NCBI GenBank assembly: GCA_051362555.1
Contig: CM120640.1
Location: 3,162,001-3,226,000, forward strand
Source of the DNA: Lingula anatina
Taxonomy: Eukaryota > Animalia > Brachiopoda
Length of the DNA: 64,000 nucleotides
Direction of reading: 5' to 3'
Part shown: positions 30,845 through 42,500 of the stretch, one piece after another
Layout of the letters: every line of letters begins with the position of its first letter
Numbering within the stretch: the stretch's first letter is position 1
Notes under the pieces: model-generated
Told to the model about the DNA's origin: nothing
The model's database searches: none
The model's input: the letters and a program-made list of their open reading frames with translations, nothing else
Translations under genes and position numbers: made by a program

Positions 30845-30977
30845 TTTAACAGAAGTTTAAAATATTTTTGGTAAAAATATATGTTGACTCTGATAAATTA
30901 TGTGTTGGAGTAAATGTAGTCATTACAATATACAAATAAAAATACTGAAAACATTTGTTTTTTTTTTTTTTTTTTAG

Positions 30978-31208
30978 GTTATCTATGGATCAAAACTAGA
31001 GGTGATAGAGAATGCCAGTCACATGGTGATGATGGAAAAACCTGATGAGGTCAGTCAGTTGATTTATGACTTTCTGCTCCAAGGCCGGGCAGTCGTCAGG
31101 TCAGCAGTCGGCCCAGAGGTCAGATCTGAATCCAGAAGCAAGAGAACATTGTCTGCCAGTTCTGTTAGGAGCTTTCCTGGACATTTACTGAATGCAAAGA
31201 TTGTATAA
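30978..31208 (+). other. ABHD8: Second, identical copy of the ABHD8 terminal exon with an intact acceptor
   Basis: Nucleotide-identical to 28339-28569 and preceded by poly-T plus AG. Confidence 0.85.
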
Positions 31209-31337
31209 CAGAAGTTTGCTTCACATTTCAGACATGAGTTTTTTCCACAGAAAAGCGGAATTCCATGTTTTTTAATTCAATTCTGATGGTTCCTCAGATT
31301 TGTCATGGTTAGCTGTTGGGTCCCATTATAAATGTTC

Positions 31338-31383
<46 letters not shown>

Positions 31384-33550
31384 CAAAACCTAGGCTCATG
31401 TCTGATATTTGTCATGCTAGATGTGATGCTCAAACATTGTGGAATAAATAATATTTTATATTTGATAATTTAGAAATATTTTCCTTGATGGGGACAGCAG
31501 GACTGTGCTCCAATAAGAATATTTTACAAACAACCAGAGGACCAAGATTTAAGTGTTGTTAAAGTACAGAATTATCTCTAGCTGTTTCAAACAAGAGCAT
31601 GTTCTTCTTTGAAGAGAATGAAGAATATTTCTGACCTATTTTAATCAAGTATTATGTGAAACAGAATCTCATCATTTACATTTTCTGAAATAATAACCAT
31701 GTGTAAAGATGTCAAAAACCTTCTCATCTATATTGCTTGAGTAACAAAAAATATTTGGACCTATTAAATTTGTTTTTTAAGGTTGAACTGCACACACTCA
31801 AACATTTCTATTTTAAAATCCAATGTCAGTGCTTTTTCACTCTTTTTATGCTGGTAAACTTGCAGCACTGCACAGGCGTCATTCACCATTTTATGAGAGC
31901 AAGTGTTTGCAGGAATTGTAGCGGAAAACCCTTGTCTACTTAAATTGATAACATATTGAAAGTATATGTTTGTGTTATTGTAAAACTGTTAACTGTTAAA
32001 GCATCAAGCTTTACAAACAATGATTATTTTAAGATCATTCATATTTATATTGTTAAACAATCAAATTCAATACTTGCAGTCAGAATATTATGCAGAAATT
32101 TTAGACATTTAATTTTTGTAGTTCATTGTTGAATGATGTTCAGTTATAAAAAGGAATTTGTTGAATAATTAGTATTTATATTAGTATTTAATCAGAGTAA
32201 AAAGATATCAGTTAGTGGATTTATCTTATTATATACACAGTAACAGCTGGTATAGCATGTTATTTCAGTTTACATATATGGTAAAAAAGGGACCACGGTT
32301 GTTCCAGTTTTTTCAAATAAAATATATTATTTTTTATCTCCAGATTTCAGTCGCATTGCTTTGATACCCGTACATACACATTTCCCTGCCTGTTAGCTGG
32401 CAGCATTCAGTTTTAGGTCAAAAGAACATGCATTTTTAAGGGAAGGATAATAAGTGCTTAAACTACAAATGATAAAATTCTCAGACCACTGTTTTATTCA
32501 TAATTATACTTGCAAAATTGGAATTCTCAGAATTCAGAAACTTTATTTTTAAATTGATTTCAGTTGGCTAATTTGCTAGACCAAAAGATGTTAAAATATA
32601 CCACGTAATAGTTTCACATGCTACATATATCTCATTAGATCACTATTACTGCTACTGATACAATGAATTTACATATCTATCCTTTTAAACATGTCATTAA
32701 GGTTGTGCTTGTCTTAATTCTTCACAATATCTACTTTAATAGGTCAATATGTACTATGCTAAATCAAACGCGGAAATGCTTTCTTCTACATATACTCTAA
32801 CAATTAAAAAATTTATTATGCAAGTTAACAATTAAAATAAAAACAATATGAAGTTGTCTTACTTCAATGGAAAAATTAACAACTGTGGATTATGCCCATA
32901 ACAATTGCCAAATTTTTATAATACCCTTTGTCAGGGGTAACTTTACGGGGACCTCGCCTGCAACATCATACATAAAGATGAATGACAATGAAGAGTACAA
33001 AACTCATTACATACAGGTGGATTTCATTATTGCTGATGGTTTAAAATCACTTGTATATCATTTAGGCAGAATATTTCATCAAACTGATTGAAAATTAAAA
33101 GAATGCTATAGTGAGCAGACTCAATGGTCTTATGTTTGACTACATTTAGATACATGTATAATCATCTGAGGATCATGACCTTTCAGGAACACTGGATTTC
33201 ATGAATCAAGGTCAAGATCCCTAGAATTCAAATATATATATCGGCCATTCCTCAGGACTTCAAATATACAACAACTGTTTTGTATATCACTAAAATCCTC
33301 AAGCTGTATTATATATTACATGTATAAACATCTGAGGATCAGCTACCTTTCAGGAACAATATGGATTTCATGAAGCAAGGTCATGACCCCTAGAGTTGAC
33401 CACTTGTGATGGAGTTCAAATAGGACATACCTCAGGAATTCAAATATACAACAACTGTTTTGTATATCCTGAAAAATCCTGAGCTGTATTTTATATTTTG
33501 AATGAGTTTTGGAAAAAAAGCTACATACAGAATGCCCAAAATATATCAGT

Positions 33551-36500
33551 TTATTTATTTTTCAGATCTCCTGGCCTGATCTGTCTCTCTCCTTCTATCA
33601 GAAATATCTGCAGAGCTTTCTTCAGCAGATACGTCCCCAGTAGTCTTTTCTGTTTCAATGTCCATGTGCTAGCCTTACCATAGTAATCTCCTTTCTTTAT
33701 GTTAGTCAACCTGTCTAGTCCTGAAATAAAGTTTTAAACATGAAGCAAAAGGGAATTCCATTGTAGCAGACTGTCCTACAAAGTTGAGAACATGTCATGC
33801 AAGTAGACAGTAATTTCAGAGGAGGGTTTTTACTGTAAAAGTGGACTATTTTACCCATTTAGTTGACCCAACTTGACAAATGGAAAAGGACCTAGATTGT
33901 GTTTATTCATAGTAAAACCTTTTCCATCCAAAAGAATGGTTCTTTTAAACCTACAAACCCCTCCCTCCACCTATGATTCTGAATGTACTATAAGGGTGAT
34001 TTATTTGTAGCCTGTTTTAAGTTTGCAAATATACATATATTTACTGCTAGCACATAGGATACTGATTTTAGCCTCGTTTGTATGTACAACTTATATACAA
34101 GTCTGATACATGTATGTATGTATGTCAGTTTCCTTAAACTTACATCAAAAGTAATACATAAATGTATACAGGAATATATCTCTGTATTTGTATCCATGTA
34201 TGAGACAATAGTTTTACCTATAGCATCTATCATGGCAGCCTCCCTGGTGTAGGCTTCTACTGGAATAATACTGTTGAAGACATGTAGAGAGACCACACCC
34301 AGACCTTCCTCCCAGATCTCCAATATGTGCTTCACCTTTTGGTTTTCCTGAAAGGCAAATATTTTGCAAACTTCATTTAAGCATGGGCACATTTTTCACT
34401 GCATTGTGCATCAGTGAGATGGATCTCAAAACAATTTGCTTTGAAACCTGCAGTACAAAAAATTAAATTCTTATTTCATAGCCTACCTTTTTATTTTGCT
34501 TATTCTTGATCTCTAGCGCTTCAAAGAAATGGCTGTATCCTCTACTCTTCTTGCCTTTGCCAATGTAAAAAATGGCAGCAATGAAGGTCTGGAAAACATC
34601 TGCTTCATCTATTAAGGAAAAAGAAAATTAAAGTGGTTTTGGCATGATTCTTGCATGGATTTATCCATAACCTTTTTCAAAGGGGGCACTGGAGTTATAC
34701 AGTCAGAAGAAAACTTGATGAATCTGTATGTTCTTAAAAGAGAAGAATAATACATCAAAAACTGAAAAATGAACAATCAATGGCGACAGACGAACTAGTA
34801 TTTGAATGGCTGACTTACTCATGTTCCTAGCTCTACAAGGCAGGTTCTTAGTCACTCTGGGGTCCAGTAACATGTAGTTAAAGGAGGACTTCTGTATCCC
34901 CTCCCTCCAAAACATGGCGGGGTCAGGACTGGCAAACTGACCACACAGCTGTTGTTCCAATCCCTCACACATGCTCATGTCCAAGTTACCTTTTAAGGCT
35001 AAGGCCAACTCTTGCTTGTACACTGAAGAGGAAATGAAAAAAATATATTACAGTCAGAAGAAACAACATTCTTCAGAAGACAAATGTTCAAAGTAGAACT
35101 TATCAATTAGTATAGCAATTGACAAATAACTTTTTCCAACATTTGAAATATATCTTATTGTGTCAATAATAAGCAAATGTCAGCAAATCTCAGCAACATT
35201 ACAACATCAAGGATAACTGCCAGACATAAGTGTAACTTTAGTAATTATTTAAACGTTGTGTTAATAGTTCATACTTATGTATGTTGATTCAAAAGTACTG
35301 GAGAAGCTCATAGCAACTAAAACTAACAAATGTTGAAAAAGAAAAGTACTAGAATGAAAGGGGCATTAAAAATCCTTTGCCAACATACCTGGCTTATCCA
35401 CAGGTACATGTTTTTGAGCCAAGTCAGGATTGTGTAAGAGTCTGGCCAGCCTTCTGAGGTACAGCATCCTGGTGGAGTCCATCACAGGGCCAGGGAAGTC
35501 CCCCATGTTAAACAGCCGTCTCCTGACCTCCTCATTACTCAGTGCAGCCAGCTCTGCAGGGATCTGTACCTGATTACTGTCTGCTGGCAGGAAGCTGTTC
35601 CAGTCCTTGTAGTCCTCTGGCTCTGGAGGAACCTCGCTGAGAACACTGGAGTCTACGGCAGTCGGTTCTGGCAGGATGTGCATCTCGATGATGCTAGCAC
35701 CAACCTTGTCTTCTGTGTGGACCCATTCTTCTATCTCGGACACCAGACTGGACACACTGCTGACCACACTGCTGCACTGGCTACCAGCACGGGGACTGAC
35801 CACCGAGTGGTCAGGGGTTAGTAAGCTGTGGTCACCAAACTCCAGGCCGTCTGCCAGAGACCCCACAGTGGAGCTGCTGGTGTTCATGCCACCAGGTTTG
35901 TTATCAGTGAAGTAAAAATTTGATGCTGGAGATGTTTTGTTGCTGGTGTCTTTCATCACAAGTATTCGCCCCACGTCTTCTTCCTCAGACTTGGTCACTA
36001 AGGAGAGAGCACCTGCAAGCTGGGAAGCAAGTCCGTCGCAGTCATCCTGGGCCGCTGTCACTGGACCTTCATGATCGGATTCACAGGTGTGAAATGATTC
36101 ACTGCTCTCATCTAGACTCAACTCTGGGTCGTTTTGCTCAGACTTTTGGTGTCTTGAGTCAAGGCCTTTGTTGCTCAGGGAATCAAAGAATGCTGCATCA
36201 CCTGCTGCTGTGGGTGTATGCTGGGATGCAAGTTCACTGAATGACTTCATTGCTGTTAGATTTTGTAGTGTTGGAAAGTTACTGGAATGTTTATTTGGCA
36301 TCGAAGGAGACTGAAAAGTGGAGTCATTGAATGATTTCATTGAAACTGTTTGTCTTTGAGCAGGGTATGTATCCAGGCATGTGTCTCCTGCAGTCTGGTA
36401 CAGTGAACTAGGTTCCACAAATGACGCAACTGTTGGCAGGTTTTCATCAACGTCATTTCTAGTGTCACAAATGCTCTCTGTGGTGTCTGTGTTACATGGA

Positions 36501-39209
36501 AGAGTGTCATCCAAATCCACATTATCCACTTTTGGTGCTATCTGCAAGTTGTTTAAATAATCTTTTTTACAATATATGTATTAGGGCACATATAACACAT
36601 TAAAATGGTGAGCACTATTATATAAAAATTAGTCTTAGAAAAAGAATCAAATGAAAAACAGTGTTTTCCTTGTCACTAAATTCTTTTTCATACATATTTG
36701 CAGATTTCAAAATAAAAAATACTGATAAGTTTCTGTCCACTCTAAAGACATGATTCACTTACAAAAGGATGGTCTGGAGATGAAACATCAAAAATGTCTT
36801 CATTAGCAGAAAATTTCTCCAGCAGTCGGTTCACACTCTCTGTGTAGAAACTCTGACGCGCTTTAGTGTTTATAACTGGGCGAAGGGAGCGCCTGTGCTT
36901 CTGTTTTCTTGGTTCATTAACTACCTGGGGAATGTTAAGAATAGATGTCATATCATGTCACGTTACGTCACATTATGTCATATGTTACGTTTGTATTTAG
37001 TATATAACTCTCATTTCTTAGCAATTTGAAAAACGTCCTTGATTAAACAAGAAACTGAATTATAAGAATGTGTTTAGCAATCACTTTATAGATCCTCCTT
37101 TTACCTGGAGCTTGGAAACATTGAGTAAAGAACTTGAACTGTGGCCGTCAGAAAGCCTGGACTCTGAGCCAACAGATGACAGAGCGGAGCTTGGACGAGA
37201 TGGCAAGGACAGACATGACAGCTCCCAGGCAGAAATACGCTGATCTACAGAGAGTAAAATTCAGTAAAATAGATCTTAAAATTAATAATAACATTTCATA
37301 GTGAAGAAAATCAACATGCATCCTACATTAATAACTCTACCAGAGTGCCACTGTTTGTCATCTCATTTGACCAACACATTATCAGAAGACATGACAAAAC
37401 TATATCCAAAACATCTATTATAATAATACTTATGAAATGGTCTGCTTTAGGTAAAAAATATTAAAATAGATAACACAAAAGATTATCCACATACTGAGAA
37501 TAGATCTAACAGTAGTCTGTAATTCTTCTCTGCTATCCTCCTGAAGACTGTGGATGTACTCTGCCACATCAGTGTGGTTATTTAACAGAGCTAGGTCAAG
37601 TGCAGACTGACACTCCTGAAAAGATAGGATACACTGTGTATCAAAAGTTTATTACTCTGTTGTTTAAATAAAAATACTTAAGACAAAAGAACTAGTGGAT
37701 GGAATATACCACTGCTTTTTTATAGCAAAAGGGAATAGATTATTATACACAATACAATATAAGTAACCAAACAAACAATCCACGATCAATTTACTTTTAA
37801 AAAACATCTTATAATTCACAAAACTTTTTGACTGACTTGCAATAAATGACACACTTTGAAATGGTACTTAATCTATTCAATAACTTTACTTGGTGTTCAA
37901 CAATTTATGATGTACACAAGTACTGTGCCTATCTGACAAATCTCTTTCCTTCTGTAAACATACATTAATAATGATACACTTAAGTTGTAAGAAAAAAGTA
38001 GGAACAAATGGCTCATTGGGCTTATGACCAGCAGTATGGGGCCACTTATGGTGTAAAACTGCTAAGAAAGATCCTGTCTGTATCAAATATTATTCAGTTG
38101 TTTATGTTTTGTCCAAAGAGGCATCTATAATGTAGTGCAGAATCAGTAACAAGGTTGAATGAAGGTTATGTATTGAGACAGCATTTAAGTCATTCTAAGA
38201 CAGTCTGCTTACCATATCTTCCATAAATGGGTCCCCTCCATTGCTGACTAGTAGTTTGAGCACCTGTAATTTGCCATAAGCTGCAGCCACATGACATGGG
38301 GTAGTGCTTTCTGTGTCTCTGAAAGATTGAAACATCACATGGTAACACTATTTGAAGATGGTCCGCAATTTCATAAGTTTTTTAATGACTACTTCTGCCA
38401 ATAAACTATATGACAATCTACTCAGTACAAGGAAGATTATTCAACACCTTTGGCCTGTAAAGTACCAGTAGATTGTAGACAAGATCTCCAAAACTTCTTC
38501 ACAAGTTTTGATTAAACTTTCAGCAAAAGACAGTGGGAAGCAGTCACTGCGATTTCAATTTCTAGTTCTCTATTGGTATATGTTCTACAGTACCTGACAT
38601 TAGGGTTTGCTCCATACTGAAGAAGTAGGCGGGTAAACTCCACAGCGCTGGTTTCTGAGCCCACAGCCAGGTGGAAGGGGGTGACAGCTTCTATTAAGAT
38701 TCTATTTGGATCAGCACCATCCTTCAGCAATGTTCCTGCCTCTCTGCAAGAATTATTACAGGTTTTTATTTCCTTCAGCCAAAACAAAACCTTGACAAAC
38801 GAAAATAAGTGGTTAACTTAAATGAAAGCAGAAGGAAGGATAATAATAATATTTAAGTCCTATCCCTTTTTAATCTATAAAGGGCAAATTAATTCATCAA
38901 TCACCTTCACATTTACAACAGCCCCAAGTCCAGAGCTTGACTCAGTTCTCAACCTTACATGCTATAGCTGCGTTAAGGGTTCCTGGCTAGCATGTAAGGC
39001 CGAAAAATGGGGCAATTCCAGAACCCGTTTCAAGATTTTATATGTAGCTACCGATTCTCGGCGTTCTACACCGATTCCAGTGCATATTTGGCCAATAACC
39101 TGTACCAAGAGTGCAAAGGAAATATATGACTTGTCAACTGATCGCATTACCTGAGGCGATTTCCTTGAATAGCATGCAGAAGAAGTTCACTCAGCTGGTG
39201 CACTGACAT
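33551..39209 (-). CDS. ANKLE1: Ankyrin repeat and LEM domain-containing GIY-YIG endonuclease, about 11 exons
   Basis: Ankyrin exons (GADPN...TPFHLAV...YGANPNVR; TPCHVAAAYG), LEM domain LSNEEVRRRLFNMGDFPGPVMDSTRMLYLRRL, WREGIQKSSFNYMLLDPRVT, IFYIGKGK, EAYTREAAMIDAIG, EGERQIRP; TAA at 33551. Confidence 0.93.
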
Positions 39210-39556
39210 TTCGCATGTTTTGCTTTTCCCGGCCAATTTGTCAACAGCAGTAAATATTTTACGGAATTTGATTGGCCACACTAAAACTGGAGAAGCATTT
39301 TTTTATGTGATGTTATATCTGATCAATTAAAACGTAGGATGTTTACCTGCTTCACATTTATCAAGAACAATATTCCAAACCTGAAAATGCAGAATGAGTG
39401 CACTGTTGTACTGTAGTTGATTGTTATACAAATGTATGCATCACTTGATTAGTCACATGCTTGACCTACTTAATCATAACATCAGGCCACCTAGCATCAC
39501 ACTTCCACAATGTGAGTCCCTTTCAGTGAGATTGTTGGACACTGTATTGAACGAAA

Positions 39557-42500
39557 ATGACGCCCAGGAGGAATAATTGCTGTGTAGTGCATTTTTCCAC
39601 TGTGATAAATTGGTCTGTGATTGTGTTAACAGGGATTATATCTTTGTTTTGCTGGGGCACGTTAGGTAAGTACATCTTATTTTATTTTGTTAGTACAGTA
39701 CATGTAGTGTATGTGTAGTTCAAATCTAAGCCGGGTACTAACCTTACGTAAGTTATTAGTACAGATCATAGGACATAAATTTTGGTTTATTGGCGATATT
39801 TCAAGAGGTTATTAAAATATTCACATTTTAAATTCTGCTTCTAGTAGTAGTACAGGCCACTAGTGGAGGTGGGAGGGGTCCATGCAGTAAAGTACTTTTT
39901 ACTCTTTGATCAAAATGTAGCAATTTTGCCAATAATTGTCCTATGTCACCTTTTTTGTCAAATTTTTATGTGACAGTAAATTAACAATGGTATATCTACT
40001 GGTATTACTGAGCACTGTAATTCATTGCTTTAAGGCAAGTAACTTCCCCCTCTTCTCCAGGTGCTATTCCCTGTGCCAGGCGTGACTTTAGCCATGGCTC
40101 CGTAGTGTGTGTGTGCAATGCCTCTTACTGTGACACAGTAGACCCCCTGACCTCACTGACCGCTGGCCACTATGTGGTCTACCAGTCCAGTAAGGCCGGG
40201 GCAAGGTTTGCCAAAACAACTGGACAGTTTACAAAGGGAAAGCTTGAGGTCAATAGTGGTAGGTTTTATTTTTGTATTGGCATTGATAAGGAAATTGAAA
40301 AGCAAAAATTAAATATTTACATGAGCTTATGTGACTGATATGCCAAATAAGCTTAGCTCTGGTAGTTGGATTATAATTAAAGGGAAAAAAAGGTGGATGC
40401 AATGAAATGTACTTTTAATTCTGATGTGTGTGTGTGTGTGTGTGTGTGTGCGTGCATGTGTGCGTGCATGTGTGCGTGTGCGTGTTTTTTATGCAAAGTA
40501 TGTATAATGAAATAATATTGACTATCACAATTTAGATTTTTTTCATTACAGAATAAGACAAATTGTGTGAAATTAATTTAATTATTTTAATGATTGATAT
40601 ATATTGGTGAATACATTTGATTTTTCCAGCAAGCTCTGTGGTTTTGACAATCAACAGAAGCAAGACATACCAGACAATGAATGGGTTTGGAGGGGCCTTC
40701 ACTGATGCTGCAGGCATAAATATTTTCAATGTTTCTGTCAAAACAAGGATGAATCTAATGAAGTCATACTTTTCACCTGAGGGTAATATTTGTTTCCAGT
40801 TATGATTTTAATATATATAATGCAGACTTAAATTGGGTTGCTTTTACCCTTTGATTGTCAATGACCATTTTACATATTTTAAAAGTTGAGTAACATATCA
40901 TTGTCATATTGTATAACGCCATATTGTTTAAGGTATCATTGAGTTACACATCATAATCAAATATAAACACTGTCATGATTGTATGTAGCCCAACACGTGC
41001 TTACTTGCACATTTTTTATCTGTGTACAGATATATGACTTTGTAATGTGAATAAGTTTATCATAGTTATCAATTTGAAAGATTTATATCAGTTGTCATAG
41101 ATAATTCAGTACCTTTATCTGAATTGATTGCTGAAAAAATGATGTTGGTTTTATTTTCATTTTGTTTTCAGTAAAACTGTATTCTGTGTATCCATGTTTT
41201 GTATTGTTTACAGGACTTGAGTACAGTATTGGTAGGATTCCAATGGCAAGCTGTGATTTCTCTACACATCCATACTCTTATGATGACACTCCCATGGACT
41301 TCAGTCTCAGCAACTTCAGCTTGGCCAAAGAGGACACCAAGTTCAAGGTCAGTTCCCCAAAAGTTGAGGTCTGAACACTTAGGGCACATTCCCAATGAAA
41401 CTTTCGATCTACATGGATCGATCCAACTCTGTAGGGACTCTTAACTCTGGAACTCTGGGAGCTTTTTCACTTCATTTTGAGTGCGACTAAACACACATGC
41501 ATGTGAATCACCCCCTAATGGTAGCTGCTCAAGGAGGCATGTCATCCAGATTATTTGATTGCAAGAGTTCCCCTCAGATTTGGAACAATCCTAAAGTTAA
41601 AAGGTCATGTCGTCTTTTACCTCCAAAGTCATTAGTACCACCAGCGTGTACGCTGGCGGTACTCATGGTTTTAGTCCCGACCCGTCTCGTCCAGCTCCGC
41701 CGGCTCCGTAAGCTCCGCCGGCTCCGCGTACTGGCGCCGGATACAAGTCACCGTTACCGCTTCTCCTCCTAGACCACAAGGACCCCTGTCCCCATCTCTT
41801 GGATTTAGGTCACATATAACCTCAACTTGAACCCCCAGGTTTTTTTGTCTCAGTCGGTGCATTGACCTGGGCGTGACGCTCGTTGCAATGCACCCTTGTC
41901 AAAATTTTTGAAAATTCAATGCCAATTATCTACCCTACGGAAGGAATTATGGGAAAAATTTCTACAGACGGCTTTCCAAAAGTCATATGTGTAGATTTCA
42001 AATATGCCCTTGGATTTGACCTTTGACCTTTATTTCAAGGTCAAACGGGCCAAAATTTTCAAAAAAATGAAATTTTTTACGAAAAAAAATATTATTTGCA
42101 CTGTTATTCAGACACTACACAGACTTAACCAATAATTATATTGGAAAGTGTTACCCTTTGGGTCATCTTTCATCTCCATGAATTTGGGGTCAATCGGTGC
42201 ATTTTCTCGGGAGTAGCGGCCATAAGATACCGAAACTGAAAACTGTCTCTAATTCGGGAACGGTTAATGCTAGCGACCCGTTCTTTTTTGCATTTTATAG
42301 AGCATGTAAAGCCCAACACTGAGAGTGGTCTCCGTTTTTTTTGTATTTCAAAGGGTTTTCGTGTTATGCTGTATTAAAAAGTACTTTGTGGTGGCACATT
42401 ATTGTAACTCGGAATTGTAACATTTAGTCCCTTATATCTCCAAAACTGGCAGAGGTGGTCAATAGTTATTATTTAAGTTGAATACGGTAATGTGCCAAGC

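Larger units (their letters stand above)
28225..33670. repeat. Tandem duplication: copy 1 ~28225-30844, copy 2 ~30859-33670
   Basis: Both copies begin AAAATATTTTTGGTAAAAATATATGTTGACTC and end TTCTGTTTCAATGTCCATGTGCT. Each holds the ABHD8 last exon, the 3' intergenic DNA and the ANKLE1 C-terminal codons. Confidence 0.93.

Noticed and set aside
31002-31208. A separate second ABHD8 gene
   Set aside because: Only the terminal exon is duplicated; no upstream exons or promoter.
39450-39460. CLEAR/TFEB element in the GBA promoter (GTCACATG)
   Set aside because: Only a partial match to GTCACGTGAC; too weak to call.
41497-41862. Arg-rich ORFs (RRLRRL) at HINE 5' ends, also 53884-54305 and 55519-55872
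   Set aside because: They arise from the CGGCTCCGC microsatellite and frames are not preserved among copies.
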